Assembly (NCBI GenBank): GCA_965368975.1
Contig: CBDUPA010000017.1
Coordinates: 1-64,000, forward strand
Direction: 5' to 3'
DNA length: 64,000 bases
From: an uncultured bacterium
Lineage (GTDB): Bacteria > Acidobacteriota > Thermoanaerobaculia > Multivoradales > JAHZIX01
Made by a program: the position numbers and the translations under genes. A model generated the notes under the pieces. That model searched no databases. It was not told where the DNA came from and saw only the letters and a list, made by a program, of their open reading frames with translations. Below are positions 28,141 through 44,601 of this stretch, in pieces (the first letter of the stretch is position 1; each line of letters starts with the position of its first letter).

Positions 28141-31100
28141 GACGGCAGTCCTCGCCCTTCCTGCAGGGCTGTCAGAGCCGCCAGCGGCAGCAGCATGACC
28201 GCAGCGAGCAAGAGGTGGGTGGTGTTGCCGTGGCTGAGCCAGGGAAAGACCAGGCCGGTGATCGGCAGGTGCAGCACGACACCGGTGGCCAGGTGCACCA
28301 GCCACTGGGCGATCAGCAGCACCGCGACCATGCCGAGGAGCAGGCCGAGTGCGCGTCCGAGGGCTGGGGTCAGACGGTCACGACTGCCGGTGGTTGAGTC
28401 GCCGCTTGCCGGGTGACCGCGATGGCGTGCCTCGCGTAGCGCCTGATCGGCGGCAGCCCCGCAGGCCAGGGCGGCACCGAGCAGGATCAGCGACGCCAGC
28501 GCCGCGTGGCCAAAGCCAAACCCGGCGGCGAGGCCGAAGACGGCGACGTCCGAGTTGATGTTGGGCACCCACTGGAAGGTGGCGCCGCGGCCACTGGCCA
28601 GCCAGCGTACCTCGGTGATCCACTCGCCGGGGGTGATGTAGGAGATGTCGCGCGCCAGTTCGATACGCTGGCGGGGCCGCTCGAACATCGGGGTTTCCGG
28701 CAGCTGCTCGACCATGGCTGCCAGCACGTCGAGCGAGCCGAGCAGCAGCAGGCCGGCACCCAGGGCCAGGAGCACGTGGACGGTCGCTTGCTGCGTCTCT
28801 TCTCGCCGCTGTCCCGCTTCTTCCGGCCGGACCAGCCACAGGAACGCGCCGGCCAACAAGGCCGGCATCCAGGCCGCGACGCTACCCAGGTCGCGGAACA
28901 AGGCAGTGGCCAGAAGGCCGCCGAGGATCAGTACGAAGAGCCAGACGGTGAGCACCCGGCCGAGGGTGTCGAGGTGCTGGCGCCGGATGCGTCGACGCGT
29001 GCCTTCGAGCACCGCCAGGCCGCTGACCGTGAGCACGACGCTCAGCCACAGCGGCAGGTGCGCCTCGACGAAGAAGAAGAGGCCGAGGAAGACGAGCACC
29101 AGCAGGCCCGCCGCCGACGACAGGCGCGATGCCAGCTGCCGGTGGCCGACGGCGGCGGAGGTCTGCCCCTCGCGCACGAACGACCAGCGCGCCGCGCCGT
29201 AGAGCGCCACGGCGGCGAGCAGCGCCAGCTCCAGCGCCAGGGCCGAACGGCGCAGCACGCCCAGCGTCAAGCCACCGACGAGCAGCACCAGCACAGCCGG
29301 CTCCGGCCACTGCAGGATGCGGTGACCGAGGCGCACCAAGGCGCGGCCGATGCCCTGGAACCCGCGGCCCGGCAGCGCGACCAGGGCAATTGCGGTCACG
29401 AAGAGCGCGCCCGCGGCGCCCGCCAGAGGCAGCCCGAGTGACGGGGTGCCGGCTGCCGAGCGCAGGTCTGTGAGCCACAGGCACGCCGGCAGCGTCGCGG
29501 CATCGAGAGCCCACCAGGCGGCACCGGCACTCAGCGCCAGGGCCGCGCCGAGCGACGCCCAGGCCAGCCGCCGCTGCAAGTCGAGGCCCCCGGCGGCGAA
29601 GCCGGCGGCTGCCGCGATCAGCGGTCCGAGCAGCAGCACCACTTGCAGGAAGGCCTGGAGGTAGTCCGGCTTGCCGGCCAGTTGCGGGTGTACTGCCAGG
29701 CGCAGGTGGTAGGCGGTGCCGATCAGCAGCAGGACGGCGAGGGCGATTCCCGCCAGTTGCTGCAGGGTCGCCGCGCCCAATTCGATCGGCCAGGCCAGGT
29801 CTTCGTGCCAGGCGGCCGGCTGGGCGGCGGCGAAGCGGCGGCGTGCCAGCCGAGCCAGCGTCAGGGGAACCGCGGCGACCAGCAGGACCCAGCTCAGGTA
29901 GAGCACGATGCCCAGCCGGGTGCGCTGTCCGACACGCTGCCCGGCGGCCGGTGCCACGCGCAGCAGATTGCCGCCCAGCGATAGCAAGACTTCACTGTCC
30001 GCCCGACCGGTGTCCGAGTCGAGCAGACTCCAGGTGTGTTCACCGACCTCCAGCACCTGCTCGCGGCCGGCAGTCTCGACGCGCAGCGACGGCGGAGGTC
30101 CGGGGCGGCGCCCGCGCTGCTGGGTTTCTGCCGGTGGATGCAGCCGCAAGCGCAGGGCGGTGCCCTGGTCGAGGGTGCACAGCGCCAGCACTGCTGGTGC
30201 CGCCTGGGCTCCGACGCTCTCGGCCTCGACCGCCGGGAGCTCGCGGGGTACACCCGCGTGGCTGGCGGCACGGTCCATGCGTCGTTGCTGGAGGCGATCC
30301 CGGCGGGCCAGCTCCGCCGCGGGCAGGGTGTCCGCTTGGCTGTCGGCGCTGCCGCCCCGCAAGCGCAAGTTCAGCTCGCCGTCCTCCTCGTCGCAGCTCG
30401 GCACGTCCCACAGCGCGCGCCGATTCGGGTGGTAGACGTCGGCAGCGCCCGAGCCCCGGAAGTACCAAGGGGCTCCGGGGTCGCGCACATGCAAGAGCCG
30501 CAGGGTGGCTGCCTCGCGGGCTTCGGGAAGAGAGACCAGGAACCGCGTGCGTCCGAAGGCCAGGATGTCGCCCTCGAGCAGCTGCAGGGCGCCGAGATCT
30601 TCCAAGGGGCTGTCTTCGCCCTGGTGGCTGCCGTCTTCGAAGCACGGCGTCACCGGGGGTGGAGGCAGCGGAGCAGGAGTCGACCAGATGCCGAGCCGGG
30701 CCGATGCTCGCGACTCGGCGTCCTGGGCCAGCCACAAGCCCTCGCCGCCGGGCGTGGTGGCCTGCGCTGTCACATGCCAGGGAGACACGAGGGTCGCCGC
30801 GTCCGGATCCGTGCGATCCTCGACGTCGATGCCCCAGCCGTGCAACTCGGGCAGCTGCCGTGGCGTCAGGCGCCAACGTGGCTCACCGCAGGGGATCTTC
30901 AGCGTTGCGCTCGCGCCGTCACGCCAGGGGCGCAGTGACGTCCAGCGCACGCGCTGCGGATCACGCGGTTGCACGCGCCGCAGGGTCACCGCCGGCCGCG
31001 CCGGTGCCAGCCACCAGCTGTCCTGCTGCTGCGACGGACTCCACAGCACCGCGGCCTCGCCCGCCACGGGCGCCGCGTGCAAGCGCACCTGCGCCGTCGC

Positions 31101-31304
31101 ATCCCTTCCGAGTCGACGGGCTCGGTCACTGGCCTCGATCTCGTAGCCCACCAGCTCGGCGACCACGCCGCTGGCGTCGAGGCGGTCGTCGGCGTGCGCG
31201 CCTTCATTGCCGGTGGCGGGCAGCAGGAGCCACGTGAGCAGCAACGCACCCGGGCCCAGCAGGGCGAGGGTGACGTCGAGACGATGGAGGCCGGCGGGAA
31301 GCAT
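28137..31304 (-). CDS. FtsW/RodA/SpoVE (SEDS)-like polytopic membrane protein with a long N-terminal extramembrane region containing FHA-like motifs
   Basis: Start reassigned to ATG 31304. Many hydrophobic segments in the C-terminal half; RDLGS, PNINSDV (equivalent to PExHTDF), LPITGLVFPWLSHGNTT (equivalent to P.tG.tLP.iSyGGSS). Confidence 0.78.
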   Translation of the reverse strand: MLPAGLHRLDVTLALLGPGALLLTWLLLPATGNEGAHADDRLDASGVVAELVGYEIEASDRARRLGRDATAQVRLHAAPVAGEAAVLWSPSQQQDSWWLAPARPAVTLRRVQPRDPQRVRWTSLRPWRDGASATLKIPCGEPRWRLTPRQLPELHGWGIDVEDRTDPDAATLVSPWHVTAQATTPGGEGLWLAQDAESRASARLGIWSTPAPLPPPPVTPCFEDGSHQGEDSPLEDLGALQLLEGDILAFGRTRFLVSLPEAREAATLRLLHVRDPGAPWYFRGSGAADVYHPNRRALWDVPSCDEEDGELNLRLRGGSADSQADTLPAAELARRDRLQQRRMDRAASHAGVPRELPAVEAESVGAQAAPAVLALCTLDQGTALRLRLHPPAETQQRGRRPGPPPSLRVETAGREQVLEVGEHTWSLLDSDTGRADSEVLLSLGGNLLRVAPAAGQRVGQRTRLGIVLYLSWVLLVAAVPLTLARLARRRFAAAQPAAWHEDLAWPIELGAATLQQLAGIALAVLLLIGTAYHLRLAVHPQLAGKPDYLQAFLQVVLLLGPLIAAAAGFAAGGLDLQRRLAWASLGAALALSAGAAWWALDAATLPACLWLTDLRSAAGTPSLGLPLAGAAGALFVTAIALVALPGRGFQGIGRALVRLGHRILQWPEPAVLVLLVGGLTLGVLRRSALALELALLAAVALYGAARWSFVREGQTSAAVGHRQLASRLSSAAGLLVLVFLGLFFFVEAHLPLWLSVVLTVSGLAVLEGTRRRIRRQHLDTLGRVLTVWLFVLILGGLLATALFRDLGSVAAWMPALLAGAFLWLVRPEEAGQRREETQQATVHVLLALGAGLLLLGSLDVLAAMVEQLPETPMFERPRQRIELARDISYITPGEWITEVRWLASGRGATFQWVPNINSDVAVFGLAAGFGFGHAALASLILLGAALACGAAADQALREARHRGHPASGDSTTGSRDRLTPALGRALGLLLGMVAVLLIAQWLVHLATGVVLHLPITGLVFPWLSHGNTTHLLLAAVMLLPLAALTALQEGRGLPS

Positions 31305-31440
31305 TCGCTGAAAGTATACGCCGCGGGCGTCCTGATGTTGGCCTTGCTGGCGAAGAGGTCTCGGGATCTCTCCTGGTATACCGTTAGCACGATTGGTGCC
31401 CAACGCTGTGGCCCAACGCCCTCGACCCGGGAGTCTCTTC

Positions 31441-32313
31441 ATGCGCACGACGTTCCTGCTCACCGCCCTCACCATGCTCGCCTTCGCGGCCAACTCAGTG
31501 CTGTGCCGCCTGGCGCTGGGCGCGGCGACGATCGACGCCGCCTCCTTCACTGCGGTCCGGCTGGCCAGTGGCGCCGGTATGCTATGGCTGCTGGTGCTGC
31601 TGCAGCGGCGTCGGACGGCTTCAGGGACGGCAGCTTCTGCTCCAGGAAAGAGCGGTGCCAGCCACCTCTCGGCGCTCGCCCTCTTCGCCTACGCCATCTG
31701 CTTTTCTCTCGCCTACCGCCAGTTGAGCACGGCGTCCGGCGCGCTGCTCCTCTTTGGCTTCGTCCAGTTGACCATGATCGGTTGGGGCTTGTGGCGCGGC
31801 GAGCGTCCACGGCCACTCGCGGTGCTGGGTATCTTTCTGGCCCTCGGTGGCCTGGTCTATCTCAGTTGGCCCGGTGTCACCGCGCCGCCACCGCTGGCCG
31901 CCGCCATGATGGCGATCGCCGGCATCGCCTGGGGTGTCTACTCGCTGCGTGGTCGTCAGGTAAGCCAGCCGCTGACCGCCAACGCCGTCCACTTCCTGTG
32001 GGCGCTGCCGCTGGCGCTCGTCGTCAGTGCGGTCTCCGTCGAGTCGCGCGTGTGGACACCGTACGGCGTCTTGCTGGCCGTGCTCTCGGGGGCGCTGGCG
32101 TCCGGTGTCGGCTACGCCCTCTGGTACCGCGTCCTGCCTCGCCTGGCAGCAATTCGCGCCGCGACGGTGCAGCTATCCGTACCGGTGTTGGCGGCGCTGC
32201 TGGGAGCCTTGGTGGTCGGTGAACCGGTGACCGTGCGGGTGGTGGTCGCGGGAATGCTGATCCTGGGAGGCATCGCACTGGACATCCAGTCGCGAGATCG
32301 ACTTTCCGGCTGA
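31441..32313 (+). CDS. DMT/EamA family transporter
   Basis: About 10 TM segments; AFAANSVLCRLAL, FTAVRLASGA, FSLAY, GALASGVGYALWY, VQLSVPVLAA. ATG 31441 has a GGGAG RBS. Confidence 0.9.
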   Translation: MRTTFLLTALTMLAFAANSVLCRLALGAATIDAASFTAVRLASGAGMLWLLVLLQRRRTASGTAASAPGKSGASHLSALALFAYAICFSLAYRQLSTASGALLLFGFVQLTMIGWGLWRGERPRPLAVLGIFLALGGLVYLSWPGVTAPPPLAAAMMAIAGIAWGVYSLRGRQVSQPLTANAVHFLWALPLALVVSAVSVESRVWTPYGVLLAVLSGALASGVGYALWYRVLPRLAAIRAATVQLSVPVLAALLGALVVGEPVTVRVVVAGMLILGGIALDIQSRDRLSG

Positions 32314-32336
32314 TCGACTTTCCGGCTGATCGACTT
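32296..32336. repeat. 16-nt tandem duplication spanning the DMT stop codon
   Basis: GATCGACTTTCCGGCT x2 plus the partial unit GATCGACTT. Confidence 0.85.
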
Positions 32337-32341
32337 CGGAG

Positions 32342-33385
32342 CTAGGGCGGGCAAGTCGCGAAGGCGCGCGTGTCCTGGACGGGAACGTAGGCTTGCCCGA
32401 GGGGGCTGGAGTAGGTGCGTTGCTGGCCGGTTTGGAGATCGGTGACGCGCAGCTCGACTTCGACATTGGTCAAGCCGCCGGCGAAGACCCAGAAGCGCGG
32501 GTGCAGAGCTTTGCAGGCGTCGAGCACCTTGACGATCAGCTCGATGTTGTCGGGGCTGAAGAACCAGACGGCGCCGGTATCCGCGGTGAGCAGCTGAGAT
32601 CTGCCATGCCCGGCCGTTCCGTCGCTGCGCCGCCAGCGCGTCTCGACCGCGAAGCGACCGTCGCGCAGCAGCAACGGCGGCGGTGGTTCGATGTCGGTAC
32701 GGGTGAAGACGAATCGACCCAGGTACGGCGTGCCGTTCCCCAGTGGGCCATGGGTGATGTGGGAGATCGGCTGTGCTGGTTGCGTGTCGGCGTCGGCAGA
32801 GCGGTAGGTCGGGCCGCTGTCCGTACCGGCGTCCCAGGGGACGAGGTCGACGACCAGTTCTTCGACCCAGGAACCGCCGCGCAGCAGCGGCAGATCCGCG
32901 ACACCGACGAACCAGTCGGGACTCGGTGCGATCATGGTCACCAGGGTGACGCGCGGGAAGGCTTCCTGGATCGTGAAATCGAGGCTGGCCGTGTCGGGTG
33001 AGCGCTCGATGCCGGGCCCGATGAAGACCTGGTCGGAGAGACCGGTGGCGTTGCGGATCTCGGTGGCCAGTCGGTTCGGATCGCCCAGTTCGGCCATTCT
33101 CTCAATCCCTGGGCTAGCCAGCGCGCCCGGCTGCCAGAAGGACACGCCGGAAGCGTGCGTGCCGCCCACGAGTCTCGAGAAGTGCGGCCGTCCAGGAAAG
33201 CTCTGCGGATGCGTCGCGGCACTCCAGGTGGCCTCGAAGCGGACGGTGTAGCGCGCGGTCGGCTCGGCGGCCTGGCACGGGAGGACGGTCGTGAGGCTCA
33301 GGAGAACGGTGGCCCAGACGGCCGGCACGACTCCGGGCAAGGCTCGCAGGAACAAGGCTCGCAGGAATACGGTGGAGGGTCGCAT
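32342..33385 (-). CDS. Secreted Spondin_N-domain protein with a ~105-aa C-terminal accessory domain
   Basis: Signal-like N-terminus; ARYTVRFEATWS..THP..FP..PHFS, ASPGIERMAELG, MIAPSPDWFVGV, WDAGTDSG (F-spondin/mindin-type motifs). Start taken as ATG 33385; GTG 33406 is an alternative. Confidence 0.82.
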   Translation of the reverse strand: MRPSTVFLRALFLRALPGVVPAVWATVLLSLTTVLPCQAAEPTARYTVRFEATWSAATHPQSFPGRPHFSRLVGGTHASGVSFWQPGALASPGIERMAELGDPNRLATEIRNATGLSDQVFIGPGIERSPDTASLDFTIQEAFPRVTLVTMIAPSPDWFVGVADLPLLRGGSWVEELVVDLVPWDAGTDSGPTYRSADADTQPAQPISHITHGPLGNGTPYLGRFVFTRTDIEPPPPLLLRDGRFAVETRWRRSDGTAGHGRSQLLTADTGAVWFFSPDNIELIVKVLDACKALHPRFWVFAGGLTNVEVELRVTDLQTGQQRTYSSPLGQAYVPVQDTRAFATCPP

Positions 33386-33449
33386 ACTGGAAGGTACGCA
33401 GGACACGCGCGCCCGGATCTCAGCGCGCCGGATCTCAGAGCACCGGAGT

Positions 33450-34373
33450 TCAGAGTGCCAGCACTCGGTACTCGAGGCACCCCCGCAATCGCCCGACGCG
33501 CCAGCCGGCGAGCCACAGCCAGCGTGAACGGCCGGATCTCGTCCAGATCGCCCTCGCCAGTCGCAATGCCAGCATCAACCACTTGGCGCCGCCCTTGAAC
33601 AGGCCACCCCACAGTCCCAGCTTGGGCATGCCGTGTGGCTGGTACTTCTTGTAGATGTAGACGTTGTATCGACCGTAGTTCAGGCCTTGCCGGAACAGGC
33701 CCTTGGATGTCTCGCGGTGGCGCACGTGTACGACGGCGTCGCGGGCGAAGTCGAGGTCATGGCCGGCGAGTTGGACCCGCCAGGTGTAGTCAGTGTCCTC
33801 GAGCAGCGGCATGTCCTCGTCGAAGCCGCCGATCGCGTCGTGGATCGCCTTGTGGATCGCCAGGCCACCGCCGCCGGCGTGCTTCAGGAAGGGCGGATCG
33901 GCGTAGGGCTCGAGACCGTCGGCTTGCGGGTTGTGCCGGCTCTCGACCACCCAGGGCGGATTGAGCCGGGCGAAGTCGTAGCGACAGGCGAGGAACTCGT
34001 GCGCTTCCAGGCCTTTGGCCAGTGCCTGCAACCAGCCGTCGCCGACCACGTCGTCGGCGTCACAGAACAGCAATTTCTTGCCGCGGGCGTGCCGGGCACC
34101 GACGTTGCGCGCGTGGGCCTGGCCGCGACGGTCGGCAGCGTCGACGCTGCGCAGGGATACGGGAAAGTCGGCGGCGCGCTGGTGCACCACCTCGACGCTG
34201 CCGTCGGTCGAGCCGTTGTCGGCGACGAGGACCTCCCAGCTAGCCATATCTTCAGTGGCCTGGCTCGCCAGAGCGTCGAGTTGCTCGCCGAGGTAACGCG
34301 CGGCATTCAGACACGGGATGACGACACTGACGTCGAGTTGTGATGAGGGCTCGGTGGCAGGAGTGGAGGACAT
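33450..34373 (-). CDS. Glycosyltransferase family 2
   Basis: VSVVIPCLNA, EVLVADNGSTDGS, ARNVG, FCDADD (DXD), IGGFDE, EDTDY.WR. Confidence 0.92.
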   Translation of the reverse strand: MSSTPATEPSSQLDVSVVIPCLNAARYLGEQLDALASQATEDMASWEVLVADNGSTDGSVEVVHQRAADFPVSLRSVDAADRRGQAHARNVGARHARGKKLLFCDADDVVGDGWLQALAKGLEAHEFLACRYDFARLNPPWVVESRHNPQADGLEPYADPPFLKHAGGGGLAIHKAIHDAIGGFDEDMPLLEDTDYTWRVQLAGHDLDFARDAVVHVRHRETSKGLFRQGLNYGRYNVYIYKKYQPHGMPKLGLWGGLFKGGAKWLMLALRLARAIWTRSGRSRWLWLAGWRVGRLRGCLEYRVLAL

Positions 34374-34376
34374 GGT

Positions 34377-35180
34377 CTACATTTCCGGTGGCGCCTGGCG
34401 CAGCGTCTGCAGGTGGTCGAGGTCGGGAGGCAGCAGGCGGTAGCCATAGCGGGGCTGGCCGCAGCGCAGTAGCTCGGGGAGAGTGACGAAGTCGTAGCGA
34501 CCGGTGAACTCGTGCAGCACCTGGTCGACGGCGTCGAGGGTTGGCTGGCGGCTGCGGTAGTGGTCGTGGCCTTCGGGAAAGGTGGCCAGGCGGTCGTGCA
34601 GCAGGACGATGGCGCCGGGTTCGAGGCGCGTGCGAATGCGCGCGGCCAGGACGTCGGCGGGGTCGTCGCGCCAGTCTTCGGCGATCACGTCGCCCATGAC
34701 CACGGTGTAGCCCAGCTCCAGCGCCTGGCGCAGGCTGGTGCGCGTCTGGTGGCCGTAGGGGGGACGCAGGAGGCCGCGATCCCCGCCGACACCCTCGAGG
34801 ACATCTGCACAGCGTTGCAGCTGCGTGACGCGATGCGGTGCGGGCAGCAAGGGCAGGGACGGGTGGTCCCAGGTGTGGTTGCCGAGGGCGTGGCCGGCGT
34901 CGACCAGGCGGCGCAGGATGTCGGGATGACGGGCGGCTGCGTTGCCCACGACGAAGAAGGTGCCGCGGGCGCCGTGGCGTTCCAGCAGGTCGAGCAGACG
35001 CGGCGTCCACTCGGCATCGGGGCCGTCGTCGAAGGTCAGCGCGACACCTCGACCAGCACCGCGTACGCGCATCACGGTGCCATTGCCGGTGGTCAGCCGG
35101 ACGGCGAGGTGCTCGGCGCCGCGGCGGCTGGAACGAAGAATAGGGCGCAGGGCGCGCGGCACGGGGCAAGGAGGACTCAC
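34377..35180 (-). CDS. Polysaccharide deacetylase (NodB/CE4)
   Basis: VALTFDDGP, GTFFVVG, GNHTWDHP, RPPYG, IVLLHD. Start is uncertain (GTG 35180 chosen, just after the PKS stop); the long upstream extension in the ORF track overlaps the PKS. Confidence 0.88.
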   Translation of the reverse strand: MSPPCPVPRALRPILRSSRRGAEHLAVRLTTGNGTVMRVRGAGRGVALTFDDGPDAEWTPRLLDLLERHGARGTFFVVGNAAARHPDILRRLVDAGHALGNHTWDHPSLPLLPAPHRVTQLQRCADVLEGVGGDRGLLRPPYGHQTRTSLRQALELGYTVVMGDVIAEDWRDDPADVLAARIRTRLEPGAIVLLHDRLATFPEGHDHYRSRQPTLDAVDQVLHEFTGRYDFVTLPELLRCGQPRYGYRLLPPDLDHLQTLRQAPPEM

Positions 35181-35196
35181 GGCTGCTGTCCGCGCT

Positions 35197-43641
<8,445 letters not shown>

Positions 43642-43771
43642 GGCTGTTCTTCCTGGGGCCGGCTAGGTGCTGGATAGTGAAGTTGGACCGATACGATGAG
43701 CAGCGGCATGATAGCGCAGGCTAGGAATTTCCAGGTCGCCAGGAGTTCCGCCGAAGCAGAAGGAGCGCCAC

Positions 43772-43808
43772 GATATAAGGGCGCCCGCGGTCGGGCGCCC
43801 TTGATATC
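43772..43808. terminator. Strong inverted repeat between the precursor genes and the PKS
   Basis: GATAT-AAGGGCGCCCG-cggt-CGGGCGCCCTT-g-ATATC. It may be a terminator, an mRNA-stabilising stem or an operator. Confidence 0.55.
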
Positions 43809-43887
43809 TGTCGAGGCGGCGACGATCTGGTGAGCTACTGCCCACTGCTACTGCCTACTGGCCCTGGGGACTCACCATTCCTGAGTC

Positions 43888-44034
43888 TTACAGGTTGCAG
43901 CCGCAGAAGCTCGGGCAGGTGTAGGTCGGCATCCACGGTTCTTGCGGCATGTACTGCCCGCCCTGGGGCTGTTGCAGCTGCAGTTGGCTGAGGGTCTCGC
44001 GGCTGAGGCGCAGGGGCTTCGTGCTCTTCTTCAT
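43888..44034 (-). CDS. RiPP (lanthipeptide-like) precursor peptide 2, 48 aa
   Basis: AAGGAG RBS 7 nt before ATG 44034. MKKSTKPLRLSRETLSQLQLQQPQGG/QYMPQEPWMPTYTCPSFCGCNL has an LxLSRETL leader, a GG site and a Thr/Ser/Cys-rich core. Confidence 0.8.
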   Translation of the reverse strand: MKKSTKPLRLSRETLSQLQLQQPQGGQYMPQEPWMPTYTCPSFCGCNL

Positions 44035-44060
44035 CGGGATTCTCCTTGGTTTGGATGAGC

Positions 44061-44092
44061 GGAAAGGAGGACGCCCGAGTTGGGCGCCCCCA
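44061..44092 (-). terminator. Terminator-like hairpin upstream of precursor 2
   Basis: Minus strand GGGGCGCCC-aactc-GGGCGTCCT followed by CCTTTCC, just after TAA at 44105. Confidence 0.4.
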
Positions 44093-44104
44093 AGATGGGG
44101 TGGG

Positions 44105-44200
44105 TTACTTGCGGGCACCATTGCCCTTGCAGTTGCCGGAGCAGCACTGGCTGTTCGACGACCAGGCGCAGTACCGCTGGCGCTGCAGGCGCAGGTGGTA
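44105..44200 (-). pseudogene. Start-less Cys-rich coding remnant (...CAWSSNSQCCSGNCKGNGARK*)
   Basis: C-ending codons tgc tgc tcc ggc aac tgc aag ggc then TAA. An adjacent frame supplies TCACSASGTA. No start codon. Confidence 0.4.
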
Positions 44201-44254
44201 GGTCTCAGAGAAGCAAGGTACCCAAGGTGGGTGCCTGGACGCGGAAGACGTCGA

Positions 44255-44422
44255 TCAGCCGGTGCAGGCAGCTTCGGACATCTCGAGGCATAGGAGTCCG
44301 ATCTTCGTCAAGTCAGGGTCGAGTGGCCGCCAGATGCCACCCGGAGCCTTGGCGAGCTGCTCGCTCGTCAGGTGGGTGAGGGTTTCGCGACTCAGGTGGA
44401 GCGACTTTCTGGACTTCAGCAT
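44255..44422 (-). CDS. RiPP (lanthipeptide-like) precursor peptide 1, 55 aa (not in the ORF track)
   Basis: GAGGAG RBS 5 nt before ATG 44422. Manual translation MLKSRKSLHLSRETLTHLTSEQLAKAPGG/IWRPLDPDLTKIGLLCLEMSEAACTG has the same leader motif as precursor 2. Confidence 0.8.
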   Translation of the reverse strand: MLKSRKSLHLSRETLTHLTSEQLAKAPGGIWRPLDPDLTKIGLLCLEMSEAACTG

Positions 44423-44601
44423 GAATTCTCCTCAATGAGAGAGTGAATGGGTTCATCTCGACATCATTGCAGATGTCATGATGTTGAGTTGTAAGTTTAC
44501 ATATTTATCTGAATATGCTCAATGGGCCGGGGCGGACCAGGCGGGATCTGCCTGATGGGGTGGCGGCGCGTTCAGCTTCACGAAGCGCTACGATACGGAG
44601 C

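Noticed and set aside
18880-31550. Long N-terminal extensions given by the ORF track (starts 19347, 21752, 24457, 28305, 31550)
   Set aside because: They overlap neighbouring genes by 100 to more than 900 nt. Downstream starts with stop/start overlaps, an RBS or a leaderless signature fit better.
44255-44257. Selenocysteine recoding of the precursor-1 TGA
   Set aside because: No convincing SECIS-like hairpin immediately 3' of the codon and no sel genes in the window; the 55-aa peptide is already a complete precursor.
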